Made by a program: the position numbers and the translations under genes. Below, one piece after another: positions 1 to 9,618 of a DNA stretch of 64,000 bases. Each line of letters begins with the position of its first letter. The first letter of the stretch is position 1. The notes beneath the pieces were generated by a model. That model did not search any database and was not told where the DNA came from. It was given only the letters and a program-made list of their open reading frames with translations. Source of the stretch: a virus; the IMG/VR virus record IMGVR_UViG_3300050821_003843, positions 8,918-72,917 of that record, one strand, 5' to 3'.

Positions 1-2
1 GG

Positions 3-923
3 TTCGAATATACGGGGTTAGATGCTTCGAAGTGGGTGTGTAATTATCTCAATAAGAAGTTCAATGTCGAGGCGATTGCCGGTAGATTTGAAGATGTTGA
101 ATTCGAGTCACGTCAATTTGATTTGATACTGGCTGCGCACGTGTTGGAACATATTGTTGATCCAATCAGTGCTCTCGAAAAGATGAAACGTCATTTGTCA
201 CCAACAGGACGAATCATACTGCTTGTGCCAGAAGGCACAGACCTGATTAACCCCGATCACGACTGCTTCTTCACAGTGGAAACATTGAGTAACTGCATTC
301 ATCAGGTAGGATTGTGTATTCAACTCATTACTACAGTTCAAATCGTGGAACATGAACGCTTTATTTATGCCGTTGTCAGTCCTATTGAGTTCCCTCGATT
401 TGCGCCGGGTGTTTCGGGAGCAATCTATACCACCTTATCAGAAGAGGGGATGCTCACTTACTTGCTACCCAAAAATGGGACGATGTTGGAAATTGGTTCG
501 GCTAACGGGGGTACTGCGCATCAAGTTGCAATTGCCCGACCCGAAGCGTCAATTGTGTGTATTGATGCCTTTTGTGATCCCATAGCGACGTATGAGTACT
601 GGCAACGGAACCAACGTGAGAACATGGTTCTTTTCAAAGGGTACTTTACCGACTACTTGAAGCATGACAGTAGCGCCAGTTTTGATGTTGTCTTCATCGA
701 TGGGGACCATCATTACGAAAGTTGTTTAATGGACATTTATGCGTCTGTTGAGTTACTTAAAGAGGGTGGATTCATTGCAGTCCATGACTATGGTGATCCT
801 AACCATCGTGACGTAACTAATGCGGTTCATGCCTTCTGTATCAAAACCCGCTGGCAGTTCTACACTGTTACAGGCTCACTTGCGGTATTAAGGAATCGTG
901 ACCATGCCACACCAAACAGCTAG
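3..923 (+). CDS. Tandem class I SAM-dependent methyltransferase domains (5'-truncated by the window)
   Basis: FDLILAAHVLEH..DP motif, then LEIGSANGG and FDVVFIDGDH motifs; the frame is open back to position 3. Confidence 0.8.
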   Translation, partial: FEYTGLDASKWVCNYLNKKFNVEAIAGRFEDVEFESRQFDLILAAHVLEHIVDPISALEKMKRHLSPTGRIILLVPEGTDLINPDHDCFFTVETLSNCIHQVGLCIQLITTVQIVEHERFIYAVVSPIEFPRFAPGVSGAIYTTLSEEGMLTYLLPKNGTMLEIGSANGGTAHQVAIARPEASIVCIDAFCDPIATYEYWQRNQRENMVLFKGYFTDYLKHDSSASFDVVFIDGDHHYESCLMDIYASVELLKEGGFIAVHDYGDPNHRDVTNAVHAFCIKTRWQFYTVTGSLAVLRNRDHATPNS

Positions 924-1716
924 AGGAATTGTAGTTTGTGTTGGGTTTGATGATCTATTAGCAATCACACTACCAAGGAACATGAGATTTCTATCTGAAT
1001 GTGTTGTTGTGACCTCACCCGATGACATTAGAACTCAAGAGCTGGTAAAGAAAATACCAGATTGTCGATTACACATCACCGATTCCTTCTATGCTAATGG
1101 AGCCAAGTTTAACAAGGGACTTGGAATGGAAGAAGGTTTTGATGTGTTAGGTCGTGATGGTTGGATTCAGATATGGGACGCTGACATACTGTTCCCAGAG
1201 CATTTCAAACTACCCGACTTGAGTGTGGGTATGCTCTACGGGGCGCAACGGTTGGTACTCAATGACCCCAAACAATGGAAGCCAGAATTTAACTGGCTGA
1301 GTCTGAAACCCGCCAACGATGCGGAACGGGTGTCAGGTTACTTCCAGTTATTCAACGCCAGCGATTGGCACATCCTTCAAAAGCCGTGGTATGACGTATG
1401 CTTTACCCATGCTGGAGGTTGTGATGGTTATTTCGATTCACGCTGGCCACGTAACCGTACACAACGTCTGCCATTCAATGTACTCCATTTGGGGCCAGTT
1501 GATGCGAATTGGTTCGGCAGAACACAAGCCAGAGTAGACGGACAGCCAATTGGAGGTAATCCAATGACATCACGTTTACTTAATCAGCAGTATCGCGCTT
1601 ATAAAGGTTGGAATACCTTACATCCACCAGTGAAGGAATTTCAAGAGGTGGTGGAAGTACCGGGTTATCAACCAAGTGGGTTTATCCCACGTGCCTCGAT
1701 CAGGAAAACACACTAA
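904..1716 (+). CDS. GT-A-fold glycosyltransferase-like protein (paralog 1)
   Basis: VCVGFDDLL start, FNKG, DAD (DxD), GYFQLF, LHLG..NWFGR; ATG at 904. Confidence 0.65.
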   Translation: MPHQTARGIVVCVGFDDLLAITLPRNMRFLSECVVVTSPDDIRTQELVKKIPDCRLHITDSFYANGAKFNKGLGMEEGFDVLGRDGWIQIWDADILFPEHFKLPDLSVGMLYGAQRLVLNDPKQWKPEFNWLSLKPANDAERVSGYFQLFNASDWHILQKPWYDVCFTHAGGCDGYFDSRWPRNRTQRLPFNVLHLGPVDANWFGRTQARVDGQPIGGNPMTSRLLNQQYRAYKGWNTLHPPVKEFQEVVEVPGYQPSGFIPRASIRKTH

Positions 1717-2360
1717 TGGATGCTATTTTGGTGTCAGTGGATTATGGTGATTATCTAAGTATCTGCTTACCGTACAATCGTCGTCACTTTAACCGGGTCA
1801 TGATCGTCACTACACCAGACGACGCGATAACTCAACAACTCGCCAAACAACACGATTGTCAACTCTATATTACCAAGTGCTTCTACGAAGATGGTGGACT
1901 TTTCAATAAGTATCGAGCATTGGAGGCAGGACTTGACGCATTCATGCCACAAGACTGGTTAGCAATTATGGACTCAGATGTGTTATGGCCAAAAGCGATT
2001 GACAACACTCAGTATCAGATCGGTAAACTCTACTCACCATTACGTAGGATGTGTAACAACACCAATCACGTATCACCAGAATCAGAATGGTCGAACTACC
2101 CTTATCATTCACTTCACAACAGCCCCACATGGAAAGATCATTGTAGTGGCTACACACAAATTCTACACGTGGGTGATATAGTGTTGAGATCAAAACCGTG
2201 GCATCGACTCGACCTACCCACGGCGCAAGGCGGTGATACCCACTTCCAAGACAAGTGGAAAGTAGAGAATCGAATTCGCCCCAACTGGGAATGTCTACAC
2301 CTTGGACCACCACGTCAGAACTGGTCAGGTCGAGTATCACCGCCCGTCAAGTTTGATTAG
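1716..2360 (+). CDS. GT-A-fold glycosyltransferase-like protein (paralog 2)
   Basis: TAATG overlap start; VSVDYGDYL, FNK, DSD, GYTQIL, LHLG..NWSGR align with paralog 1. Confidence 0.65.
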   Translation: MDAILVSVDYGDYLSICLPYNRRHFNRVMIVTTPDDAITQQLAKQHDCQLYITKCFYEDGGLFNKYRALEAGLDAFMPQDWLAIMDSDVLWPKAIDNTQYQIGKLYSPLRRMCNNTNHVSPESEWSNYPYHSLHNSPTWKDHCSGYTQILHVGDIVLRSKPWHRLDLPTAQGGDTHFQDKWKVENRIRPNWECLHLGPPRQNWSGRVSPPVKFD

Positions 2361-2368
2361 TACCAACG

Positions 2369-2405
2369 AAAAACCCCTACCAGTTTTCAGGCTGGAGGGG
2401 TTATT
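2369..2405. terminator. Probable bidirectional intrinsic terminator
   Basis: AACCCCT(A)CCAG..CTGGAGGGGTT hairpin flanked by an A-run and TTATT, between convergent genes. Confidence 0.6.
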
Positions 2406-2497
2406 GTGTGTTTTGGTGGTTTTTACGCCATTTCGAACAAAATACAGGGTTTCGTACCAGTTTTAACAACTTGGCGGCAAAACGCATTTAATCGCGT

Positions 2498-2758
2498 TTA
2501 CGGTCGAGCGTACCAAGGTGTGTACTTCTGTTCAGTTTTCTTGCAATGTTTCATAGTTCGACCGTTCGTACCGTCTTCTGCGGTTTCATGCTCGCAATCG
2601 TCACACAACGGAGCGCCACAGACTAGACCCATTGTTTCATTACATCCATGTGTTGCAGGCTTGCCACATGAGTCACACTTAAGATCAGCGTGTTCCAAAC
2701 AAGTTATCTCGTCTGGGACATCACACTTTCCAATCCATGCTCGAATATATTGACACAT
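2498..2758 (-). CDS. Cys-rich (Zn-binding) hypothetical protein
   Basis: CDSC, CxxxC and CDDC motifs; GAAAGTTGA upstream of the ATG. Confidence 0.55.
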   Translation of the reverse strand: MCQYIRAWIGKCDVPDEITCLEHADLKCDSCGKPATHGCNETMGLVCGAPLCDDCEHETAEDGTNGRTMKHCKKTEQKYTPWYARP

Positions 2759-2771
2759 ACCGATCAACTTT

Positions 2772-3161
2772 CTACTTCTGGTTGCGGGTGGGCAGGTACT
2801 TTGACCCTGTTTTCGGTCGTCGTGGTAAGGCTGGCTTGATTGCCTCGATCACTTCGACTTCATCGGGTGTGGGTTCGTCGACTGGTTGTACGGTCAACGC
2901 TTGGAACTGGGTGAGTCGATCAGCGAACACCTTTTGAGCGCCATTGATAAATCCATCACAGTAGGCTTCAGCAGCAGCAACCCCGTCTTGCTCGCCGTTC
3001 GATTGCACCTGATTCAATTCAGGCTTGGCGAGTCGTTTCGAGAAAATTCCAACAGCAAATCCAAATACGTTCATTCTATGTTCCTTCGAAAATTGACCTA
3101 ACGCGAAGTTGCGTCCTACTCGCCAGTCCGTAGGCAACTGGCGGTAAGGAAGAAACTTCAT
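2772..3161 (-). CDS. Hypothetical protein
   Basis: ORF packed in the leftward early operon. Confidence 0.5.
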   Translation of the reverse strand: MKFLPYRQLPTDWRVGRNFALGQFSKEHRMNVFGFAVGIFSKRLAKPELNQVQSNGEQDGVAAAEAYCDGFINGAQKVFADRLTQFQALTVQPVDEPTPDEVEVIEAIKPALPRRPKTGSKYLPTRNQK

Positions 3162-3349
3162 TCTTTACTAGGTGAGCGAAAATCAAGTTCACCACCATTG
3201 GGACATTCCACCCTTGCCATAGTGGCTCCAGCCGCAACAGCGGCCTTAGCAGCCGCAACGGCGTGTGACTTGTATGTGTACTTACGCGGAAAGAATCCAC
3301 TTTTGTAGAGTTTGGGAGGGTTATTGACTTGTACAGTGTACGTTTTCAT
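3158..3349 (-). CDS. Hypothetical protein
   Basis: AAGGAACA RBS upstream; overlaps the next gene by 4 nt. Confidence 0.55.
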   Translation of the reverse strand: MKTYTVQVNNPPKLYKSGFFPRKYTYKSHAVAAAKAAVAAGATMARVECPNGGELDFRSPSKE

Positions 3350-3454
3350 TTCATTGTTCCTTAGTTTAGTGATTGAAGCAGGATTTGAACTTGGCAGTCA
3401 GGTGATCGAGTTCACGTTGGAGGAGTGTGAGGAGTAGTGTCATAACGTCATCCC

Positions 3455-3655
3455 CTACTTAATGAATTCGTCAACCAGATTTGCAATTTGATCGTTATCG
3501 CTAACACCGGCCAGCAGCAATTTACCAATGAGGAGTTTCACGGACTGTGTTTTCAATGCTGCACGAAACCGTTTTTCTTCAACCTTGTTAGCGGCAGTTT
3601 TCTTGTAAACTCTTGGCGGCATGTTGGGGGAACCGAGTTCGATTGGATTGTTCAT
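3455..3655 (-). CDS. Hypothetical early protein
   Basis: GAAGGAACAGACAA-ATG leader just downstream of a promoter. Confidence 0.55.
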   Translation of the reverse strand: MNNPIELGSPNMPPRVYKKTAANKVEEKRFRAALKTQSVKLLIGKLLLAGVSDNDQIANLVDEFIK

Positions 3656-3696
3656 TTGTCTGTTCCTTCGTTTGAGTGATTGACCTGACACATGAG

Positions 3697-3726
3697 ATTA
3701 TACGCTCACTGGCCAATAAAGATCAA
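3697..3726 (-). promoter_or_regulatory. Sigma70-like early promoter
   Basis: TTGATC-18-TATAAT on the minus strand with an imperfect palindrome in the spacer. Confidence 0.65.
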
Positions 3727-3743
3727 GTAATTCCGTGAAGTTT

Positions 3744-3971
3744 TCAACTTTTCTTCAAAGTTTTCTTAACTTGTTTAATTCCACGGGGTTTGCCACGTTG
3801 AATCGGCTGGTAGTTTGCCTCAAAATGACGTAGGGCAGCTTCGGTGATGTCGTAATAACGTTTGCCCTGTACGACTTGATACGTGGCTTGCAACGTACCG
3901 CAGTCGATCAAGGCTCGCACACTACCGACTGAGCGATACCCTAGTCGTTTGGCAACTTGTGATGGAGTCAT
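3744..3971 (-). CDS. Excisionase/MerR-like HTH DNA-binding protein with AT-hook-like tail (paralog A)
   Basis: TPSQVAKRLGY..VR..I..G.L.A and a QRGKPRG tail. Confidence 0.7.
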   Translation of the reverse strand: MTPSQVAKRLGYRSVGSVRALIDCGTLQATYQVVQGKRYYDITEAALRHFEANYQPIQRGKPRGIKQVKKTLKKS

Positions 3972-4357
3972 TTTCGTTTCAATCCTTCAAAATCATTGCC
4001 ATCGAACCATTCACACATAATCGACCGAACAAGGTTGGTTTCATCATCAGTAAAGCCAGCAGCCTTACAGACAATCACGTCGTCTTCATTACACGGTAAG
4101 GCGAGTGTGCGCCAAGCTTCTTGCACCTGCATATTTTGCTCGGTGAATTCTTCAGCCGACAACTTTGCACCAATTTCAGCAATCGTCTTTTCACCGAGTT
4201 GGACAAGTAGCTTTTCACACTGTTCAAAACGAGCAACCCACTTGACTGGTACGGTCGCAGACACTTTAGGACTACCAGTGATCCCGTTCGGATAAGGTTG
4301 GTCACTATAGATTTCTTGAAACATTCGCAAGATGTTTGGAAAGGCTAAGAGTTTCAT
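3968..4357 (-). CDS. Hypothetical early protein
   Basis: AAGGAACAAACG-ATG leader. Confidence 0.55.
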   Translation of the reverse strand: MKLLAFPNILRMFQEIYSDQPYPNGITGSPKVSATVPVKWVARFEQCEKLLVQLGEKTIAEIGAKLSAEEFTEQNMQVQEAWRTLALPCNEDDVIVCKAAGFTDDETNLVRSIMCEWFDGNDFEGLKRK

Positions 4358-4398
4358 CGTTTGTTCCTTTGGTTGAGTTGCGTTGACTGACACACGAG

Positions 4399-4426
4399 AT
4401 TATACACTGTAACGGCGTTAAAGCAA
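4399..4426 (-). promoter_or_regulatory. Sigma70-like early promoter with spacer palindrome
   Basis: TTGCTT-16-TATAAT; TAACG-C-CGTTA at 4410-4420. Confidence 0.65.
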
Positions 4427-4455
4427 CTGTGGATCACAGAATTCCGAAATAATTT

Positions 4456-4698
4456 TCAAGATTTCTTCAAATTACTCCTTTTCATGGGTTTTCCGCGCGG
4501 TCGTCCCCGTTGGATTGGGTGGTAACTGGCGACGAATTCGGCGAGTTGTGATTCACTGACTGTGTATTCCTTGCGACCTGATGGCAATTCATGACACGTT
4601 GCAGGCATCACTCCAGCAACGATCATGGTGCGGACAAATCGTGAGGAGCGATAACCCAAACGTTTAGCAACTTGAGCGGGGGTGAGTTCAGGTGTCAT
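4456..4698 (-). CDS. Excisionase/MerR-like HTH protein (paralog B)
   Basis: TPAQVAKRLGYRS..VR and a PIQRGRPRG tail; clearly paralogous to 3744-3971. Confidence 0.7.
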   Translation of the reverse strand: MTPELTPAQVAKRLGYRSSRFVRTMIVAGVMPATCHELPSGRKEYTVSESQLAEFVASYHPIQRGRPRGKPMKRSNLKKS

Positions 4699-4746
4699 TA
4701 TGGAGTTCTTTACTTAAAAATGGACCAATTATTCCGTGTCTTTATA

Positions 4747-5118
4747 TCACTTCCACTCGGTCCAGCAGTTCAAATCGTAGTCGTAGTCCCGTGTCAGTTT
4801 CGCCAAACGACAGAATTTGCTGACGAATGTTCCGTCCGCATCACTGTAACTAACATTGCACAAAAGATGTTCGAACGGGAAATCGTAGTTGCTGAAGTCG
4901 ATCCTGATCCATCCGGTTGACCCATCGAACTGATTGCAAACAGCGTCACGGATTTGGTCTTCGAACGGATGGCCAAACACTTCTTCGATTTTGCCACAAG
5001 GGATATATTCCACTAAATCTGTCGGATTCAGATTTCCGAGTTCGTGGCGAACAGCTTTGAGTTGTGATTCCAGTCGAGCCACTTTCAATTCCAAATCGCG
5101 TTTCGTTGACTTGACCAT
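4747..5118 (-). CDS. Hypothetical early protein
   Basis: GAAGGGG RBS before ATG 5118; N-terminal coiled coil. Confidence 0.55.
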   Translation of the reverse strand: MVKSTKRDLELKVARLESQLKAVRHELGNLNPTDLVEYIPCGKIEEVFGHPFEDQIRDAVCNQFDGSTGWIRIDFSNYDFPFEHLLCNVSYSDADGTFVSKFCRLAKLTRDYDYDLNCWTEWK

Positions 5119-5170
5119 GATTTCCCCTTCAATTTGATTGCAAAGTATGTTTAACCCACCCGACAACAAC

Positions 5171-5198
5171 ACTATACACCCTAACGGCGTTAAAACAA
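5171..5198 (-). promoter_or_regulatory. Sigma70-like early promoter with spacer palindrome
   Basis: TTGTTT-16-TATAGT; the same TAACG-C-CGTTA at 5182-5192. Confidence 0.6.
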
Positions 5199-5302
5199 GT
5201 CTGGCTTAAAAGAAAATGACAAGTTTTTTCAAAATAAAAGAAAACCCCGCTCCAACGTCATGTCAGAACAGGGTTTAGGAAAAGTGAAAAAGTTTTGGAA
5301 TT

Positions 5303-6826
5303 TTATGTTGGTTGGATCAATCTTAACTTGGCTACGGGTACAACCTGAATTTTCCCCGCACCGGCAAATCCATTGTCGACGGTCACTTTGGCGTTTTTAC
5401 CGGCAAGGTCTTCAAGTGTGGCCGACCAACTGGCTTCAATTGGGTTTTCCACAATCCACACATGGTCCCCGGTCTTGATCGGTCGATGCAACTTGTCGCC
5501 ACGAACTTTTTTCTGTAGTTGCTTTTGTTCGGGTGTGTCGTCAACAATTTCCTCTGTTTCTGTTGCTTCTGGGTCAGTCTTCTTCGGTGAGCCCTTGTCG
5601 ATGGCAGAAATCAATGGCGTTTGTGACATGTCGAATGACTTCGTCCCTTCATCATCCATCGTGTAATCAGGCATGATCTTTTCGGAACTCAATGACTTAC
5701 CGGCACTAAACAGGTTCCATGATTTGACGATGACCGCCAATCGCTCTGGGCCACTGATCGAGTTAGTGTCCTTGGCAATTTCCGAATAGGCTTCTTTAAT
5801 TGGGAACATCGACTTTGCGCCGTTACCAATCGCCTCCCAGAACTTTTCCGCTAGATCTTTATGCCCCCACTTCAACATTCCATCGTTGGGGGTGTCACAA
5901 GCATTGTACTTCTCTCCTGTATCACCTGACGAACCCATGAGAAACATCAAGGCAGCGGCTTTACCCAGCGGCAACACACTACTGATCGACCCTTCACTTT
6001 CGGCTTCATAGATAAACCTCACACACTCCAACAGTTTGGCATGACGATGGAGGAACTCGATTTGTTCCGAGTGAGTTCGGTTCGGCGCAAAAGCATCTGC
6101 AAACGCTGCTGTACGATGACCTAGCATTCGGATGGCATGTTCCGCGACTTTGGCAACCTTGACACGTTCGGTGGCGACGAGTCCATCAAAGTATTGATGA
6201 TCGCGAAAGATCACATCGGCTAATGACCGGGGTTCTCCTGTATTGATGGTGTCGACGACTTTGGATGATTCACTGATCCCCGTGACCACTAAGCATTCAA
6301 TTGCCGGTTCCTGATCTTTCCATTCTGGCCAGTTACCGGCATTCTCTTTCCATTCCTGCCATGCGAGTACCAACCCTACCAGACGGTGCTGACAATCGAG
6401 ACACAACCCGGTACGACCGATGATCATCGTTTCGCCGTTGGGACCGTTACCCAACCCACCATTCCAACGATTATTGAGTACCTCTGATTCCCATGTGCGA
6501 GCTAATGCAGCCCGAAATGGCCGATTCGTAATGTTATTGAGTAACCGAATCTTGGTTCCATAGTTGTCCTTCAAATCGAAATCGAGGGGCGCATTATCAT
6601 CATCGGCGACTTCCGTCCAACCAAGTAGGAGTTTCGCTTTTTCTGCGATAAGTAATCCCAGTGGACCACCAAGCTCATAAAGCATGATCCCGATCTTCTC
6701 ATAAATCGTCTTGCGACCGTTACCATGATCGACTTCTGGCTTTGCTCCAGCCTTTTTCACTGCTGCTTTTTTGACCGGAGCCTTTGTGACAACTTCTTTT
6801 TTCGGTGCAACTTTCTTAACACTCAT
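5303..6826 (-). CDS. ParB/Srx-like (DGQHR-type) protein with Lys/Ala-rich N-terminus
   Basis: NITNRP..W..NGETMII..LDCQHRL..IDT-like pattern. Confidence 0.55.
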   Translation of the reverse strand: MSVKKVAPKKEVVTKAPVKKAAVKKAGAKPEVDHGNGRKTIYEKIGIMLYELGGPLGLLIAEKAKLLLGWTEVADDDNAPLDFDLKDNYGTKIRLLNNITNRPFRAALARTWESEVLNNRWNGGLGNGPNGETMIIGRTGLCLDCQHRLVGLVLAWQEWKENAGNWPEWKDQEPAIECLVVTGISESSKVVDTINTGEPRSLADVIFRDHQYFDGLVATERVKVAKVAEHAIRMLGHRTAAFADAFAPNRTHSEQIEFLHRHAKLLECVRFIYEAESEGSISSVLPLGKAAALMFLMGSSGDTGEKYNACDTPNDGMLKWGHKDLAEKFWEAIGNGAKSMFPIKEAYSEIAKDTNSISGPERLAVIVKSWNLFSAGKSLSSEKIMPDYTMDDEGTKSFDMSQTPLISAIDKGSPKKTDPEATETEEIVDDTPEQKQLQKKVRGDKLHRPIKTGDHVWIVENPIEASWSATLEDLAGKNAKVTVDNGFAGAGKIQVVPVAKLRLIQPT

Positions 6827-7042
6827 AATCTTGTTCCTATTGTAAAACGAATGAAACGGGTAAGGGGGTTACTTCGACAGGTTCTCGACTACGCAACTTT
6901 TTCTGTTTACGTTGCTTGGCTTCGCGCTCACTGGCACTTGCGCCTACGTCAACCCACGTAGGCCACCCTGACAACTCAGAGGCAGTAAAACTCGATTTCA
7001 TCCATGACGGTACTCTAACGGTTCTCATGTGTAACTTCCTTG

Positions 7043-7615
7043 TTATTGTTGTGGTTCTTCAAATTCTACTGACACGTTTTCCGCACCACTGGGTAGCTCT
7101 AAATCACGATAGATCTGTTCCCTCATCTCATCAATTGTTTGTAGTCGACGTTCTTTTTTCGACTTAGGCATGATCCGTCGTTCTTCGACAACTGGCCCCA
7201 ATGGCTGGTAGAGGGTTTCACCTGCATTGTTCTTACCTACGATGCGAAATGACTGACCACTGACGGCAATTCGTGGGTCGAGTAGGCGCTTGACAGGTTG
7301 CTTTTTCGAATGGCTCTGTTGACGCTTGTGGTTTGCGTGTTCGCGTCGTTCGGCTTGACGTGATCGGCGTAATGCCTCACGTTTTTGTTCCTTCATTTCA
7401 CGCAACTTTTCCTGTTCCTTCTCACGTGCGTTTTTCGTGGCGACGACTTCAGCAGCATAGAGTTCCGCTCGTGTGGGTACTGATTGCAACTTACCTTGAT
7501 CCCTTGAATCGACAAATTGACGATTCACTTCATCAACACCTGTCTGGTCCACTGATGGTTGCTCAACCTGTTCCTTCTTACCACGACTCGACCGTGATCC
7601 TCGACGAAATCCCAT
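7043..7615 (-). CDS. Basic, charged hypothetical protein
   Basis: GAAAGGA RBS; Arg/Lys/Glu-rich coiled coil. Confidence 0.5.
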   Translation of the reverse strand: MGFRRGSRSSRGKKEQVEQPSVDQTGVDEVNRQFVDSRDQGKLQSVPTRAELYAAEVVATKNAREKEQEKLREMKEQKREALRRSRQAERREHANHKRQQSHSKKQPVKRLLDPRIAVSGQSFRIVGKNNAGETLYQPLGPVVEERRIMPKSKKERRLQTIDEMREQIYRDLELPSGAENVSVEFEEPQQ

Positions 7616-7739
7616 TGGACGATCCTTTCAAACGAGACTAGAAATGGGGGCAGCACAACACCACCCCCTGAACTGACTTGGCTTGATGTTCCCTCTAAAC
7701 TGTGATGTGAAACCCGCGTAACCATTCGGCGGGGCGTGA

Positions 7740-7829
7740 ACCATAACCGAAACCGTTTGGCGATGCAACCCCACTGCAAAAGTATTTTTGCTGGCTGCAA
7801 TTTACACGATGTAAACACTGTGGTATGCT
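7740..7829. promoter_or_regulatory. Divergent promoter pair at the left/right switch
   Basis: Minus strand TTGCAT-17-TATGGT (7768-7740); plus strand TTTACA-17-TATGCT with TG extension (7801-7829); TTTACA-CGA-TGTAAA palindrome over the -35. Confidence 0.55.
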
Positions 7830-7915
7830 GAATGTATGGCCGTGTGTCGGCCGGAGGTGTGGACGCGTCGGCATGTCCCGCTCAGAAATGAGAACTGGCT
7901 GTTATCGCCACCGAC

Positions 7916-8012
7916 CAAAGGTAATATCCGTTACCTTTGAAAACTCGATTTTCCTTACCATTCAAATTCTGTATGGGAGGGGAGGTCGTTTTCAAAGGTA
8001 ATATCTATACCT
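7916..8012. repeat. CAAAGGTAATATC direct repeat with nested inverted repeats
   Basis: CAAAGGTAA-TATCCG-TTACCTTTG at 7916-7939; TTACCTTTGAAAAC/GTTTTCAAAGGTAA; second copy at 7993-8005. Confidence 0.6.
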
Positions 8013-8042
8013 CTAAAATAATATAAATAAAGGAATACAAAC

Positions 8043-8822
8043 ATGCCTCTACAGTTCACCAATGAAAAGAAGAACAAACCCACCTCTGCTGAAAAGCGAT
8101 TATGGCAGTTAATCAAGGAAATGGGTTTATGTCCATATATCCATCCCCAACACACGATAGGATGGTTCATTGTTGACTACCTGTTCGCGAATAAGCAGGT
8201 AATTGTCGAGTTAGACGATGGTAATTCTGATCATGAACGACGTGATAGATGGTTGATTGACTGTGGGTACACCCTGTTAAGGTTTAGAAGTGAACTTGTC
8301 TTCAATTCACCTGATGTGATTTTCAAGACCGTAGAGAGTTGTGAGCCTCCAACACGTACACCACACCATTTATTGATTCGTGCGCAGTCCAAACGACGCA
8401 TCGAAAAGGGATTGATGTTACTAGAAGAAGATAAAATCTTAATAGACGGTAGAATAGTATCGTTGGAATCACTCACAACTGCACAACAAGAAAACGCACT
8501 GTCCGGGGTGGTGTATGATGTAAAGTATGTACGACATGACAAATCAGTAAAGTGCCCGAAATGTAGTACTAAACTCCATCGTTACGATTGTCGCTGTGAG
8601 AACTGCTGTTCTCTAATTCGTTGGGGTTGGTTGGAAGATGCAGTCACATCAGCAAAGGAAGAACAAACTGTTTCTACAACCGTAAAAGTAGTGGAAGTGT
8701 CAAAGGGGCGGCAATTTACTGATGGCAAACGCTGTCGACCCAAATGTCCAAATTGTCAACGTGGCTTAGCTGGTACGTGGAAATGTTGTCCCGGTTGTGC
8801 GGCAACCATTGTATGGAAGTAA
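8043..8822 (+). CDS. DUF559/Vsr-like endonuclease with C-terminal Zn ribbons
   Basis: TSAEKRLW..Q..IG.FIVD..VIVELD..RD.WL..GY..LRF; CxxC pairs. Confidence 0.75.
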   Translation: MPLQFTNEKKNKPTSAEKRLWQLIKEMGLCPYIHPQHTIGWFIVDYLFANKQVIVELDDGNSDHERRDRWLIDCGYTLLRFRSELVFNSPDVIFKTVESCEPPTRTPHHLLIRAQSKRRIEKGLMLLEEDKILIDGRIVSLESLTTAQQENALSGVVYDVKYVRHDKSVKCPKCSTKLHRYDCRCENCCSLIRWGWLEDAVTSAKEEQTVSTTVKVVEVSKGRQFTDGKRCRPKCPNCQRGLAGTWKCCPGCAATIVWK

Positions 8823-8838
8823 CTTTCAGGAAAGGCGT

Positions 8839-9111
8839 ATGAAAAAAGCCAATAAGTATGGAGAAAAGGTAGAGCGTGTACGGATCATCAAACGGGTTGT
8901 GATTGCGTATCCATTCACCAAGTGGTTCAGTAAGCCCCAGATGGTGCTAAAGAAAGGACAACACTTTGGAATTGACGCGAAGCGATTTGCGCAACAGTTG
9001 AGAAATGAGGCGGGTGAACGTGGGGTAAAAATCGCGTTAAAAGTGTATGGAAAGTATATTGCTCTAACGGTATGGGATCGAGTTACAGGTTACTCACAGG
9101 GGAACAAATGA
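8839..9111 (+). CDS. Small basic putative DNA-binding protein
   Basis: YPF.KW motif; packed ORF. Confidence 0.45.
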   Translation: MKKANKYGEKVERVRIIKRVVIAYPFTKWFSKPQMVLKKGQHFGIDAKRFAQQLRNEAGERGVKIALKVYGKYIALTVWDRVTGYSQGNK

Positions 9112-9416
9112 TGAAGAAAAAAGTAGTTCTAGCAATGTATGCCGGAGAAGAGCCAGTGGTGTTCTCATGTGGGGATCTAACATTCGAGATTGGTTATACG
9201 GCAATACGTTTACTTGCAACTGAATTACAAATCATGGATACATCACAAATGTCTCAATCAACGAGGTTCCACGTTAAACGATTTGCGAAAGCGTTGGGCT
9301 TATTGAATGAAGAAACAATGAGGTTGACGCGATCAAAAACGACGCCTGAAGAAGATAAAGAGACGATGGAACGTTACCATCGAACCGGATTCGGTTGTGT
9401 TGCAGATGAATTTTGA
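9108..9416 (+). CDS. Hypothetical protein
   Basis: GGGAACAA-ATG leader. Confidence 0.5.
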   Translation: MMKKKVVLAMYAGEEPVVFSCGDLTFEIGYTAIRLLATELQIMDTSQMSQSTRFHVKRFAKALGLLNEETMRLTRSKTTPEEDKETMERYHRTGFGCVADEF

Positions 9417-9425
9417 AAGGAACAA

Positions 9426-9608
9426 ATGATGAAAGAGATTTTAGTCGCCATCAATGAAGAGCTTATGCGGTTGACAAGTAAGTTGTCGATGGAGCGAAGA
9501 TTTCCATCAAACAACCCCGACACGATGGATGAGAACATTCACGATTGTGAGGATCGTATCAAGGTTCTACGTGAAATTCGAACGAAGATTGAAGACGCGT
9601 ATATTTGA
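9426..9608 (+). CDS. Hypothetical coiled-coil protein
   Basis: AAGGAACAA-ATG leader. Confidence 0.5.
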   Translation: MMKEILVAINEELMRLTSKLSMERRFPSNNPDTMDENIHDCEDRIKVLREIRTKIEDAYI

Positions 9609-9618
9609 AAGGAAAATT

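Noticed and set aside
3744-4698. Excisionase implying a prophage or integration module
   Set aside because: No integrase, att site or host genes in the window; treated as generic HTH regulators
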